A stretch of DNA of 64,000 nt from Octopus vulgaris (GCA_951406725.2 OX597815.1:28768001-28832000), one strand, 5' to 3'; positions 1 through 13,522 are shown, counted from the first letter of the stretch. Numbers and translations are program-made. The notes: generated from the sequence alone by a model not told the origin.

Positions 1-141
1 ATGTCCAATTTTCGGCATATTTGGCATTGAAAATTTTTTCGTTTGCCCTTATTTATAAGTTGTTTATAATTTAACCTTTAAAGGTATTTTTTAATATGCT
101 GGCCATTAATAAAAAATATTTTCGAAAAAATTTTATCCTAC

Positions 142-181
<40 letters not shown>

Positions 182-205
182 AATACATACACATATATAT
201 ATATT

Positions 206-562
206 TCTGTAGTTTCAGCTCAGAGTTGCGGCCGTGCTGATGCACCACCGTTTAGCTACACTGTTATTACTGCGAGTCTCCTCTAATATGTGGCACTTGG
301 TGAAGAATCGAGTTTGATATAGCTACCCTCATTTGCACCTCTTGCCGTGAGATAGGTTCATCTGGGACTCTAGACAGGAAGAGATCCAGCTTTGATTTAA
401 AAACACCTACATCTACTTTGTGCAGGTTCCTAAGGCTCTTTGGGAGAATATTAAAAAGCTGTGGGCCCCTGAAACCAAGGCTGTTGCAGGGACTGGACCT
501 GAAGCGCGATGGCGTTGCTGGGATCTTTGGCACTACGCAGTGTCGTCCCGTTCTGGCATTGG
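206..562 (-). mobile_element. 5'-truncated CR1-clade LINE 3' end (RT C-terminus plus 3' UTR)
   Basis: Minus-strand peptide NARTGRHCVVP..CNSLGFRGPQLFNILPKSLRNL..FKSKLDLFLSRVPDEP matches the LINE at 1505-2515. The 3' UTR ends in GGTGGTGCATCAGCACGGCCGCA..CTGAAAC. Both flanks are TA-rich. Confidence 0.85.
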
Positions 563-756
563 TGTATATATATATATGCGTATATATATGGCATTGGTGT
601 AGTATATATTTACTACTGTTAATAGCTAATCCTTGGACAGAATTTATAAATATTTTAAAGCATCGCCTCCCGCGTTTCCACAAATTCAATGTTTCTCAAG
701 ATCATGCGTAGCGAAGTATTAGACTATTTATAAATTCCATTCAAGGATTATTATTA

Positions 757-802
<46 letters not shown>

Positions 803-972
803 TATTATTATTATATTTATCCAACATTATAACCGTATAGCTCGGTGCGGCCCCCAAAAGCTATTATCGCCATTTGACATCATTAGGCTCTAGCTGGCAT
901 GATAAAATAGCAACTTTTATATGCATATCCAAAACGTTTCCCGTAAGCGAAGTCAAAGGATATACAAACACA

Positions 973-1013
<41 letters not shown>

Positions 1014-1148
1014 ACACATACATACATACCCCCACATACATACACACGCTCACACACATATATATATATATATATGTATGTACATACACACACACAAACA
1101 CACACATACACACTCACACACACACATATACATACATACATACATACA

Positions 1149-1406
<258 letters not shown>

Positions 1407-1504
1407 CATTATAGTCTTTATATAATTTTAAAATCAATTTATTAAATTCTTTGTTAAGAATTGAAATCTCTTAGATTTACTTCAATGCTATTTCCACCTC
1501 CAAT

Positions 1505-2515
1505 ATATCCATATCCTTGCTAGCTATGCAGATGACACAAAAGTCTCCCACGCAATACAAAACCCTGAAAATATTGCGCATCTGCAACAGGAGTTGGACA
1601 CAATATACAGGTGGGCTGAGGACAACAACATGCAGTTTAATGCAGGTAAGTTCCAGGCCCTGCGCTACTGGTACACAAAGGTAAACGACGTGCAGACTGG
1701 ATACACTGGCCCAGGAAGAATTGCAATACCTGAGTCAAAATCAGTGCGTGACCTTGGCATTGACATGAGCAATGATGCATCTTTCCAAGTGCATGTTGCT
1801 AATCTGGTGATAAAATGCAGACGGCTAGCTGGATGGATTCTCCGAACTTTCAGAACAAGAGAGAAGGAGACACTGATGGTCCTATGGAAAACATTCGTCC
1901 TCAGCCGCTTGGACTACTGCTCCCAACTGTGGTCACCACACAATATAAAACTAACAGCAGAACTCGAAGCAATTCAGAGAAGCTACACAAAGAAAATCGT
2001 CTCAATGCAAAATATCAGCTACTGAGAAAGACTGAAGGTATTAAACTTCTTCTCCCTAGAGCGGAGGCAGGAGAGATATGCGATGATATACATCTGGAAA
2101 ATCCTGGAGGGTCTTGTCCCAAACTTTGGCATTCAAAGTTACCCCAACCGCAGAACGGGGCGCCACTGCATGGTGCCATGGATTCCAACATCACATCAAA
2201 ATACAGGTCCAGATACTGCAACAGCTTGGGTTTCAGAGGACCACAGCTCTTTAACATCCTCCCTAAATGCCTGAGAGACTTACATGGTGTGGATGTGGGT
2301 TTCTTTAAGACTAAACTGGATCTCTTCTTGTCGGGAGTCCCAGATGAACCTACCTCACGACAGGAGATGCGGATGCGGGCAGCAGCATCGAACTCCCTTG
2401 TTGATCAAGTGCCACGTATCAGAGGTGGATTCACAAATTAGTGTAGCTCATTCAGCGGTGGTGCCCCAGCATGGCCGCGGCCTTCGGGCTAAAACATTTT
2501 TAAGGATTTAAGGAT
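1505..2515 (+). mobile_element. CR1-clade LINE, 5'-truncated, pseudogenised RT
   Basis: SYADDTK at ~1522, then W..DNNMQFNAGKF..VRDLGI..ILRTF..SRLDYCSQLWSP. Premature TGA at 2023, a frameshift near 2185 and a stop at 2441. 3' UTR stem-loop and TTTAAGGA x2 tail. Confidence 0.92.
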
Positions 2516-2549
2516 ATATATAAATATATACATACATATATATATATAC

Positions 2550-2582
<33 letters not shown>

Positions 2583-2829
2583 TGTATGTATGTATGTATG
2601 TATGTATGTATGTATGTATGTATGTATGTGTATATATACACACACACATGTGCCCATATATGCATATATATAGAGAGTGATACAGAGAAGACAACAAAAT
2701 AATTTTAAGTTTTCCGGAAAAACAAACACACAGTGGTCATAGATAAATCACTAGTTATCAAGCAAACATCATCCCAGTTACAGTACATATATACGTACAC
2801 ACATACAGACAGACACACATCTATATATG

Positions 2830-3045
2830 CGAGGGGTGCTAAAAAGTTCCTGGCTTTGAGTAAAAGAAAATACAGGAGAATCAGTTAATTATGATTCTAT
2901 TCAACATATTTCCCTCTCAGATTCACACCCTCATTGCAGTGGTCCTTCAGTTTTTCTAAGCCCTATAAAGCAATTTGGAAGTTTGTGCCTCCAGCTAGGC
3001 CTTTCGTGACACCCTTAAAGCCAGGAACTTTTCAGCACCTCCTCG
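2830..3045. mobile_element. mariner-type MITE
   Basis: ~30-bp TIRs CGAGGGGTGCTAAAAAGTTCCTGGCTTT / AAAGCCAGGAACTTTTCAGCACCTCCTCG. Right flank TA, left flank TG (mutated TA). Confidence 0.8.
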
Positions 3046-3351
3046 TACACATACACACACACAAACACACTTTGTAAACAAACTTAAAAGCACTGAGTGA
3101 GCTGGTATTCAACATAAAATAAAAGATTTCTCAAACACAGAATGTCTGTGAAAACAGCTTAGAAAATCGGGTAAATACTCTTTAGAAGAAGGGAAAAAGT
3201 GGCCAGCCAGTCTCTACAGAGAATCGAAGACTGATCGTTCTCTATCATTAAGCTAAGACATCCCTGATGACAAATACTGTCAGCCGCGATTTTTTTCCGT
3301 CTCCCAGGTAAGTAGGTAGGTAGGTAGGTAGGTATGCATTCATGCATAAAC

Positions 3352-3474
3352 ATATAAAATACTAATAAAGGTGGCTAGGCGCAATATAAAATCAAAAAGG
3401 AAAAATTCAAAATAGCACCTAAATTGCTAGAAATAAGAGTCCTTTGACTCTTGTTTCTAGCAATATAGGTGCTA
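3352..3474 (-). repeat. mini foldback element (hairpin plus tail)
   Basis: Hairpin 3413-3474 contains GCTAGAAATAAGAGTC, shared with 19042. The 3352-3410 segment resembles the reverse complement of the 19485-19545 tail. Confidence 0.6.
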
Positions 3475-3527
3475 CTCTGCAACCTCACTCACTACATATA
3501 CATATATAGATATATATTCATATCTGT

Positions 3528-3790
3528 AGAGGCACATAGCCAAGTGTTTAGAGCAGCGGATTCGCGGTCGAAGGATCGCGGGTTCGAATCTCAGATCAGG
3601 CGATGTGTGTGTTTATGTGCGAAACACCTAAGCTCCACGCGGCTCCGGCAGAAGTTAATGGCGAACCTCTGCTGACTCTTTCGCCAGAACGTTCTCTCAC
3701 CCTTTCCTCCTGCATCTTGCAGTTCACCTGCGACAGACCGGCGTCCCGTCCAGGTGGGGAGCCTATACGCCTGGCTCGAGAAGGAACAAA
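3528..3790 (+). mobile_element. tRNA-derived SINE, family 4 (V-domain-like 3' half)
   Basis: A/B-box head (TAGCCAAGTGTTTAGAGC..GGTTCGAATCTC) and CCTGCGACAGACCGGCGTCCCGTCCAGG. TSD ATATATTCATAT. Second copy at 56278. Confidence 0.85.
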
Positions 3791-3809
3791 TATATTCATA
3801 TACATACAT

Positions 3810-3842
<33 letters not shown>

Positions 3843-5561
3843 ATTTATAAAATTAAAATCTGCCTGAAGCCTACTGATTCAATAAGCAGGAGCTTGTAAC
3901 GGAACGCCAGTTCGTCGCACGTTTAACTAACCAGTTGTCGCTGATACTCGACCAGGAATCGGAACCGTTTTGCTAACAATCAACACTGGTTACTTACTAT
4001 GCTCTCCAGAGTATTTGTTTAGGAAAATATAGACGTGATAATACACTCATAAGCCTTCGGCGAGTAAACCCTACTACAGTCTCGTTTTCCCTGCCATTTA
4101 TTCTGGAGAAGTCTCCTTTTAAATGAAGAGAAATAGAAACAACCAGTGATAGAAATCGGATCATAGTTTGCCGGAGACTTGCCCCCCCCCTCTCAGCAAT
4201 TACTTCCACTGGATTCGTTTTAAAATAAACATTTACGTATTTCCCCTGCTGCTTTGATAATACACTCTAGCAGAAATCCGCATTATTCCTTCAGTATCAC
4301 ATTTTTCTAAATGTGTTAAATTACTTTTCATTAAAAAAATGGAAGCACTATTTAAATTACCCGCAGAACCTGCAATTGAGATGAATCATTAAATCAGTGA
4401 ACGGTGATTGCTTTAGAGTAGAACCATTATTGCAGCTGGTTATTAATTTTAGGTTGTAGTTCTTTATGTTAATCCAGTGAGCGTCAAACAGTTCGAATTA
4501 TGGAGCACTACTATGATTAGGTAAGATCACGGTGAGTCGTTTCTAAAAAATTCCTACTGTAGCCTTTTCATTTTATTCATATATTACTAATGACCTTATG
4601 ACAGACATGTAAGCCGCATGACTTCATTTTATCTCTCAAGTTTTCAGAAGTTAGTCAGAGAAGAAAGGGTGGAGCAGTGGTCTTTGTAGGCACTACCAAA
4701 ACGGATTTATATGTTTTTGTTAAGCCTGGACATATTTAGGTCAGTCTTGTAGAAAAGCATAAGCAAGGCGGGGGTGCCTGGTTGAAATATTTTCAACAGA
4801 AGGAAATCACACAAGAACATCACCCAAAGATAATGGTCAAAGATGGCTCCAAAGGACCAAATGGTGGCATTAAACCTGCAATTTATAAATATGAGGCATT
4901 TTCTTGGAATCAAAAGAAATTTACACGCACTCTTCTTTGCTCAATACACTGTTTTCCGTTACCCTTCATCTTTCTAGATTAATACATTATGTACCAGTAA
5001 TCAACTCAGTTATATTACCATTACAAAAAAGAAGGGGTTTTGTTGTTAAGTTAGAAGAAAATTATAGACTCTTACTTTTAAATCATTCATGAATAATAAC
5101 TATCATTAATATGAAAATGTTCTATTATATTATTATTGCAGCACTATTTATATGTGTTATCTACTGTTTATATATTTTATACGGTAGGTGGTGTAGAGGT
5201 GTGCAAGGGCAGTAGTATAGTAGAGTGAGTTTGTAGGTGTGTTAAGTGTTGGTGTATGTTTGTAATCGTATTATATGTGTACGCGCGAAGAAATCATGGA
5301 AGTAGGGAACTGGCAGCAGGTGTGAATATGAGGTAAAAGAAACGGCAAGAAGAATTTGGAAGGCATGACAGAAATGTGTATAAGGATAAATGAGTTACTA
5401 TTGTATAGAAGGAAGGAACAGGCAAGGAAATGAAAGAGGAAAATAAGTGGGAGCTCAAGGAGAAAAGTGAGAGAAAATCTGGAGAAAGAATACTTACACT
5501 GCAACACTGGTACAAAAATGTTTTTATTTTTGTTCGGCGAGAGAAGAAAAAGAAAAAAAAT

Positions 5562-5721
5562 GAGCAGTGGCTGTGTGGTAAGTAGCTTGCTTACCAACCA
5601 CATGGTTCCGGGTTCAGTCCCACTGCGTGGTACCTTGGGCAAGTGTCTTCTACTATAGCCTCGGGCCGACCAAAGCCTTGTGAGTGGATTTGGTAGACGG
5701 AAACTGAAAAGAAGCCCGTCG

Positions 5722-5754
<33 letters not shown>

Positions 5755-5773
5755 AGATATTTGTATATATATG

Positions 5774-5827
<54 letters not shown>

Positions 5828-6055
5828 TGTGCGTGTATGTTTGTGTGTCTGTGTTTGTCCCCCTAGCATTGCTTGACAACCGATGCTGGTGTGTTTATGT
5901 CCCCGTCACTTAGCGGTTCGGCAAAAGAGACCGATAGAATAAGTACTGGGCTTACAAAGAATAAGTCCCGGGGTCGAGTTGCTCGACTAAAGGTGGTGCT
6001 CCAGCATAGCCGCAGTCAAATGACTGAAACAAGTAAAAGAGTAAAGAGTAAAGAG
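5562..6055 (+). mobile_element. tRNA-derived SINE, family 2 (internal microsatellite, CR1-like tail)
   Basis: tRNA-like head, CORE-like CCTTGGGCAAGTGTCTT, internal (TA)n(TG)n, and tail GGTGCTCCAGCAT..GACTGAAAC(AAGAGTA)n. Near-identical to 51208 and 60469. Confidence 0.9.
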
Positions 6056-6225
6056 ACAGGAAAAAGAGAGGAAGGTGCGAGTTGAGAGAGAGAGAAATAT
6101 TGCTATCTGTTTACTTTATCACCTTAATCTAACTATTTATACATGAATCTGTGCATGACCAAATCTGACCATGGTTCTCTCTTATATTTGATCTCCTTTC
6201 CTCTCTTTCTCTTAGACTTTCCTCT

Positions 6226-6263
6226 AGTATCCGATGAAGGAGTTAAGCCCGAAATGTTATACT
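6226..6263 (+). ncRNA. degenerate minimal hammerhead motif
   Basis: AGTAT-CCGATGA-aGG agttaag cCC-GAAA-TG-TT-ATACT. Perfect 5-bp stem I, U4C core change, weak stem II. Preceded by a pyrimidine-rich tract, as in the other HHR elements. Confidence 0.5.
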
Positions 6264-8034
6264 CTTAATCTATAACTTTTACTCTATAACTTTTTTCCTT
6301 TTTTTTTTTTGAGCGTCAACATTAATTGTGAAAGCCACTTGGACTTTTGTTTCTTTTCATTATTTTTTATCTGCTTTGCTTTTTATTTAGATAGTAAGCA
6401 GGTTAGCAATTTGCCTATCTATCCTCCTATCTATCTTTCTTTTTCTTCTTGACTTAATATCTACATCAATGCAGGTGTCCTTTCACAAACCAAACCTCAA
6501 ACTCTGCTTAAAGAAGCCTGCCATGCGGATTATTTGTACAAGTAATAAATACGGTTTGAATAGCAATGACAAAACAACGATTTGATATTGTCTTCAGTTT
6601 AACTTGTCTTCATTTTAACTTCATGTGTCTTTGTGCGTAGACATGAACGTAGACATGAACGTAGATATGTATATAAGTACGTATGATTGATAGTATGTAT
6701 GTGTGTGTGTGTGTCTTTATGTGGGCTATATAAGTTTATGTACACCTGATTACTTGCGCCGCGTACTAATGGACAACAGTGTATCTGTATTTGCATATCT
6801 TACGAGTGGAATATATATGTCAGAACGCAGTAGTTTACTTGGTGTTCGTGCGAGTGTAATGTATGCTTGTTTGTGTATTTCAATGCGGCATATTCTTATG
6901 AACGTATTCTGTGTATTTGTGCTTGTGTTTCGGCGTACGCATGAATGTTTTTGCTTGTCTCTTGTGTCTGGGGGCTTTTAAACTTTATTTATTTATTTAT
7001 TTTGTTTCGTTTGCTTGCTTATGTCTTTGTTGCATTTGTTCTTTACGTTATGTATATCAATTAATTTCATCAGATGAACTTGCTTGTCCCTGCCAGTCTA
7101 CTCAGTTAGCTGGTACAGCAGGGATAATACTCTATAAATCACCGGAAAGGACAATGAGATGAAAAAAAAGCAGGAAATAACAGCATAGAGTTTCGGTAAT
7201 ATAATTTCGACGGTCAAGACCGGAGTGAGAGGAGTAAGGGTGAAACCTATGAAAGAAAATAAAGATATGGGACAAAGAAACTGCCAGAGACAAATAGAAA
7301 GAAAAAGAAAATTCGTTACATTGAAGTCATCGAGTTAGATAATTTCACGCATAGTTGTCTTCAGCAAGGAAGTACATTTAAACTTGATTCTTCAGAAATG
7401 TTGATTAGAATATAGAATTACCATCTTCGTAGTGAAGTATTAAGGTACTATTTTCCGCCTACTTGCTACATGAGACATAACACTAGGTGCTTGTATTGGT
7501 TACATTCACTCTGAAAACTGACAGACCGTCAAAAAATTGAATTTATGGTTAGCTATTAGGACTAGATAAATTAATTTGGGAGCAAGTATCTTTTGTCGAA
7601 GTGACCCTCATTCCTCATCCCTTAACCATACTTTTCATTTTTAGATTACTTAATATTGTTTTTATTATTTTTTCTCTCTTTTTTTTTTTTTTGAACAATC
7701 TGCCTTACATCCTTTCTGCCAATATATCTTTCTTAATATAGCCACAAACATCTGCTCTTATTTTACATGTCATTACCGCCTGAAGTCAAACACCAATCTC
7801 ATGTCTCAGCTGTGTGAATACTATTCAAACACCACTAAACATGAACGCTCAATATCATTGAGACCAAGTAATTTTAACAAACTGCTTCTAATTTCGAGAA
7901 AAGGTCACACATTTTGTGGGGGATGAGTCGATTTAACCAACCTCAGAACTTTACTGGTAGTCATACTGGTAGTAAAATAAGAAGCAGTAATATACTGGGA
8001 TGTCTTGAATCAATCACCTCCAATATATTATTGA

Positions 8035-8263
8035 CGGCGAGCTGGCAGAAACGTAAGCACGCCGGGCGAAATGCGTAGCCGTATTTCGCTTGCCGTTACG
8101 TTCTAAGTTTAAATTCCGCCGAGGTCGACTTTGCCTTTCATCCTTTCGGGGTCGATAAATTAAGTACCAGTTACGCACTGGGGTCGATGTAATCGAATTA
8201 ATCCGTTTCTCTGTCCTTGTTTGTCCCCTCTATGTTTAGCCCCCTGTGGGCAATAAAGAAATA
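8035..8263 (+). mobile_element. SINE family 1 (Meta-domain-like), full length
   Basis: GGCGAGCTGGCAGAA head, GACTTTGCCTTTCATCCTTTCGGGGTCGATAAA core and AAAGAAATA tail. 13-bp TSD AATATATTATTGA. Confidence 0.9.
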
Positions 8264-8626
8264 AATATATTATTGATATATATTTTACTCATTTCAAGAG
8301 GAGGTTAACGAGGGAAACCTATACTAGGGCGATCTACCTACCTTTAAAGCAGTTAAATATCTTAAAGCACTCTATAGTGTTCTAGTAAATGAAGGACACA
8401 GAACACATGTGATTATAAGTTCTCGAGATAAAGGTTGAAATAGACAAAACAATAGCTAGCGGATGAAAGACAAATTAATCCAAGTAGGATATAAACTAAC
8501 ATTGTAAAGAAGCACAACGAAATACACCGATATATTTTGACATATTTTGTACAGTTCTACATTTAAGAGATGAGGAATTATGTACATTATTTACATTTGC
8601 GGGTATTTCTCCCCATCTTGTTTGTT

Positions 8627-8672
8627 AACACAACATTTCGGCTGATATACCCTCCAGCCTTCTTCAGGTGTC
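8627..8672 (-). ncRNA. minimal type-I hammerhead ribozyme
   Basis: Reverse complement: GACAC-CTGAAGA-a-GGCTG gagggtatat CAGCC-GAAA-TG-TT-GTGTT. Confidence 0.75.
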
Positions 8673-8733
8673 TTGGAGAAATTTCGAACCTGGGTTCTCA
8701 TTCCTAAGGTATTTTTCGATGTTGTTGCTGTTG

Positions 8734-8798
<65 letters not shown>

Positions 8799-8933
8799 GT
8801 TATTATTATTATTCAGGTCGAGTAAAGCGACAACTGGTTCGTTAAACGTGATCTGAATAATAAAAAATAATAATAATAATAACATTGAAAAATACCTTAG
8901 GAATAAGAACCCAGGTTCGAAATTTCCCCTAAC

Positions 8934-8977
8934 ACACCTGATGAAGGCTGGAGGGTATATCAGCCGAAACGTTGTGT
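8934..8977 (+). ncRNA. minimal type-I hammerhead ribozyme
   Basis: ACAC-CTGATGA-a-GGCTG gagggtatat CAGCC-GAAA-CG-TT-GTGT. Canonical core, palindromic stem III AACGTT. Confidence 0.85.
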
Positions 8978-9229
8978 TAACAACAAACAAGATGAGGACA
9001 AATATCCGTCAAATGTAAATAATGTAAATAATGTATATATTTTGTAATACGATATATATTATGTACACGCACAAACGAAACGCAGTATTTCAGTCCAAAC
9101 GGATTAAAGTGCCTCGGTGTGTTTTGTTCAACAGTTTCTGCCAATCAACCATAATAAATAATAATTTAATAATATATAATCCTGTTTGAAAATGGCCAAA
9201 ATTGAATAGAAACCCGCTTCATAAGCGTT

Positions 9230-9860
9230 CTCATTTTGGCATAAGGTCAACAAATCTAAGGGAATTGGGAAGTCGATTACATCGACCCCAGTGCTCAACT
9301 GCTATTTATTTTGCTGGCCCCGAAAGGATGAACAGCTAAGTCGACTTCGGCAATTCGCATGCTTAATAATGAAGCATATTTAACGACCCTCATAATTATA
9401 AAATGCTTATTCGCTCCTGTGTGGAGTTGAACTCAGAACAAAAGAGAACATAGCAATCTAAATGTTCTCAATCCACAACTGTGAGTGATAATAAATATTT
9501 TATTTAATTGAGGCTCAATCTCAACACTTTTGAAAGGAGAAGGTTAGTGAATTATATTAACCATAGTACTCGACACTGGTACTTATCGTGTCAACCCTTA
9601 AAGGAAGGAAAGCAAAGCTGACCTCAGTGGATTTGAAGTCAAGTGCCGAAACAAATACCGAAAAGCATTTTGTCCGACGCGCTTAGCAATTCCACCAGTT
9701 GACCGAGTTGGTGATAAATATTGGTTTCAACATTTGGTACATGACTAGCAATATCAAGGAGGGGATAAATCGATGACAACGACCCCAGTCCTCAACTGGT
9801 ACTCATTTTATCGACCCCGAAAGGCAAAGTCGATCTCGGCAGCATTTGAACTGAGAACTT
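9230..9860 (-). mobile_element. cluster of three decayed family-1 SINEs
   Basis: Repeated GTCGATTACATCGACCCCAG / GAAAGGCAAAGTCGA / TTTGAACTCAG motifs. Confidence 0.7.
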
Positions 9861-11587
9861 AATGGTGATAATGAATATTGAATTCTAACATTAGCACAAA
9901 GACAGCAAATTTTATTGGGAAACAATCGCTTAAAACTCCCCCGAATATAACTGGAATTCATTTTATCATCCCCTGCAGAGATGAACGGTAATTTACTTCC
10001 AGTAAGATTCGAACTCCGACCATAAATGGGTTTCAACTAAATGCAGTTACGTTTCTGAAAAGCTCGTATTTAATTTTCAAACGAAATGAATGGTTTTTAT
10101 TCTTCCAAAGTAATTTAGAATGAGTGTATTAATTAAAATAGACAAAACTAAAATATTAATGTTTACCCCATTTCACGGATATTGGCATGTTTATAAAGAG
10201 ATTTCAGAACAATCAACGACTCTCGCCACAAAGATTAAGGGTTCCCCCCTCAAGGCCAGAAAATATTTCAGCACATGCCCGTGCTAAGGGGTGCACAGGA
10301 CAGCACTGCTCCCTCATTATTTAATGGTATACTCTCAGATTTACAGTGATACACTTATTTCGAAACACCACTTTAGTATAATTACAAATTAGTGCCCACC
10401 CAGGATATTCTGAAGCACCCCAAGTAGCCAAAGTCTGGCACTGGGCCAGTTTCAGTATTTAACAAATGGGAGGTTAAAACCACAACGAGGGACGCAGTTT
10501 AAGGACGCACATACGCACGCTCGCACACATACAATCAGGCACACACACACACACAAACACACACACTTCAGATTGCACGGCTGAAAAAATATGTCCGGGA
10601 TATAGACAAACTTTCAATTATCAAAACTCCATAATAATTGCCAAACTTCCCAGCTACGTCCTGTTCTCCCTTTGTTTCTTCTACGACAGTGCAATGGTTT
10701 CTACTCATCTGATCTGACTAATTCTGGACATTATCCTCCAAGCTAATTTATTATGTCTAAATGAATGAGGAAACCTCTTTATTGTTGCCTTACCTGCTAA
10801 AAGTAGTAAAACACTTCTCAAAATTACGTCCTTCTGTCAGGAAGAGCGAGATAAACTATATCTGGAGATAAGACGGAATGTTCACGTCTGGATCTGTTTA
10901 ACCATAGGTCTTTTAACAGAGCTAATCTGAAAGTAAACAGAAATACTGTCTTATTCAAGAAAAGGTGCTGAGAACATCGTCCAATAGTTTGGTTTTGATA
11001 GTCAAAAGTAGTACATTCGATTTTTCCTCTTTCTTTTACAAAAGTAATCTGAAGATTTATGAGGCGAAGGAAAGGAAAAATAATGTTCAGGATTTATTAA
11101 ACTTCAGGCGGCTTCGAACGAGAAAGGGGAATGTCTCTCAATGCCCGAGAGTTAAAACACTCAAGCACATGAAAATAAACAGCCTTAATCGAGAAAAACC
11201 AATAAGAAAAATGGTAACGGTACGTAGTAAAATAAGCAGAAAAACAAACTAAAATAATTAGATAAGAACCAAACACCGTCAGATAGTAAATTTCAAAACA
11301 AAATTTAAAAAACTAAAACGAAAAATGAAACCCACTACATCACAAAAAAAAAAAATAATAATAATAATAATAATAATAAAACAAGAAAACTGATGATATT
11401 AAATGGGAGTAATTTCAAATAGAGCAATAATAAATCAGAACTATAAAATAAAAGAAAAGAGAATAATCAAATATTTAAGTTATAAAATAAGAGGCTTAGG
11501 AGAGGAGAAATAAAACAGAAAGCAGGAGTGGAGGGAAATGAAAAGGTCAACGAGAAAGAAGGAAAGGACAAGTGAAATGAAAAAATC

Positions 11588-11619
<32 letters not shown>

Positions 11620-11844
11620 CTGTATGTGTGCGTGTATATATATATATATATATATAAGTATATGTATGTATATATGTATATGTATGTGTGTGTGTATATA
11701 TATATATATGTTTGTATATGTGTATGTATATGTATATATATGTATATGTATGTATATATATATACGTATATTGATGCATACATATATGTATATATATATA
11801 TATGTGTGTGTGTGTATGTATATCTATATATACATGTACGTTTA

Positions 11845-11895
<51 letters not shown>

Positions 11896-12428
11896 GTATA
11901 TTCATACACACATATCTAATGAACTTTTTGTGTCTATGTATGTATGCTTTTGCACGTGTGTGTATATATATATATGTGCATACATATATGTAAGTATACA
12001 TACACACACATAAATATACAGGCATACATGTATGTATACGCATCTATATATACATATGTGTATGTGTGTGTGTTTGTGTTTGTGTGTATATGTGTGTGCG
12101 TGTGTATGTGTATGTGCATGTATGGTTAGAAGCTGTTAGTGTAGAGGTGATGAAGAGCTTGCCTCAACCTTCATTCAATAAAAAGGTATACATATGTCAA
12201 TAAGATTATTTAGTGGAAATGGAAGACATACTTTAATTATTCTTGGCTAGCGAATCTTAAAACATAGGGATGTCTAAGAAGCTGGATGGGTTATTTAAGG
12301 AGAGTAATTTAAGTTTTAGGAAGTGGCAGGAGACATGTCTGTGCACTTGCCAGGTTTTTTAATGAAAATCTTTTCCCGGTAATAATAACAAAAGACTGGT
12401 CAAACGAATATATTTGCAAACGCAGGCT

Positions 12429-13330
12429 GTAATCCTCCCAAAAAAACACAACATTAATATTTACAGATTTTCTCTCTCTCTCTCCCTCTCCCTCTCTCTC
12501 TCTTTCTCTCTCACTCACTCTCTCTCTCGCTCTCTCACTCTCTCAATCACTCTCTCTCCCTCTCTCCCTTATCTCTCCCTAGGCGCAGGCGTAGCTGTGT
12601 GGCAAGAAGTTTGCTTCCCAGCCACATGGTTCTGGGTTCGGGTCCACTGAATGGCACCTTGAGCAGGTACCTTCAAATATAGACTCGAGCTGACCAAAGC
12701 CTTGCGAGTGGAATTAGTAGAAAGAAGCCCGTAATCCTCCCCAAAAAACACAACATTGATATTTACAGATTTTCTCTCTCTCTCTCCCTCTCCCTCTCTC
12801 TCTTTCTCTCTCACTCACTCTCTCGCTCTCTCACTCTCTCAATCACTCTCTCTCCCTCTCTCCCTTATCTCTCCCTAGGCGCAGGCGTAGCTGTGTGGCA
12901 AGAAGTTTGCTTCCCAGCCACATGGTTCTGGGTTCGGGTCCACTGAATGGCACCTTGAGCAGGTACCTTCAAATATAGCCTCTTGCTGATCAAAGCCTTG
13001 CGAGTGGAATTAGTAGAAAGAAGCCTACCATATGTGTGCGTGTGTGTATGTATTTTGTGTGTGCGTTTGTGTGTGTATGTGAGTGTGTGTGAGTGTGTTT
13101 GTGTGTGTGAGTATGTGTGTTTGTGCCTTTGTGTTTCTCTCCCACCAATGCTTGACAACCAGTGTTGCTGTGTTAATGTTACCGTAACCTAGCGGTTCAG
13201 GACAAGAGAGCGATAGAATAAGTACCAGGTTTTAGAAAAAAAAGTACTGGAGTCGATTCGTTTGACTAAAAATTCTTCAAGGCGGTGCTCCAGTATGGGT
13301 GCAGCCTAATGGCTGAAACAAGTAAAAAAA
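12429..13330 (+). repeat. ~300-bp local tandem duplication including a family-2 SINE 5' half
   Basis: GTAATCCTCCC..(CT)n..SINE head occurs at 12429 and again at 12731. The second copy continues to the SINE tail at ~13330. Confidence 0.85.
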
Positions 13331-13423
13331 ATGAAAGAATTATATTGAAACCCTTTATATAAGCAGATGCAATTTAATACCGAAAGTATGTGTGTATGTA
13401 TGTACACACACACACACGCACAC

Positions 13424-13515
<92 letters not shown>

Positions 13516-13522
<7 letters not shown>

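Larger units (their letters stand above)
8552..9036. mobile_element. palindromic non-autonomous Penelope-like element with twin hammerheads
   Basis: ~140-bp inverted arms around (TTA)n/(TAA)n. 10-bp TSD ATATTTTGTA (8542-8551, 9037-9046). ~30-bp extension on the left only. Confidence 0.8.

Noticed and set aside
627-965. 26-bp inverted repeat with GAAACGCG and GAAACGTT half-motifs on the minus strand
   Set aside because: Possibly very decayed HHR elements, but the core or cleavage triplet is missing.
3528-3600. tRNA-like heads as true tRNA genes
   Set aside because: No complete cloverleaf, and each continues into a SINE body with a TSD.
3990-4300. Minus-strand PANYDPISIT / GFTRRR resembling LINE RT motifs
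   Set aside because: Only two short motifs, in different frames.
10274-10448. GC-rich block with weak TIRs (hAT-like MITE?)
   Set aside because: The TIRs match poorly and there is no TSD.
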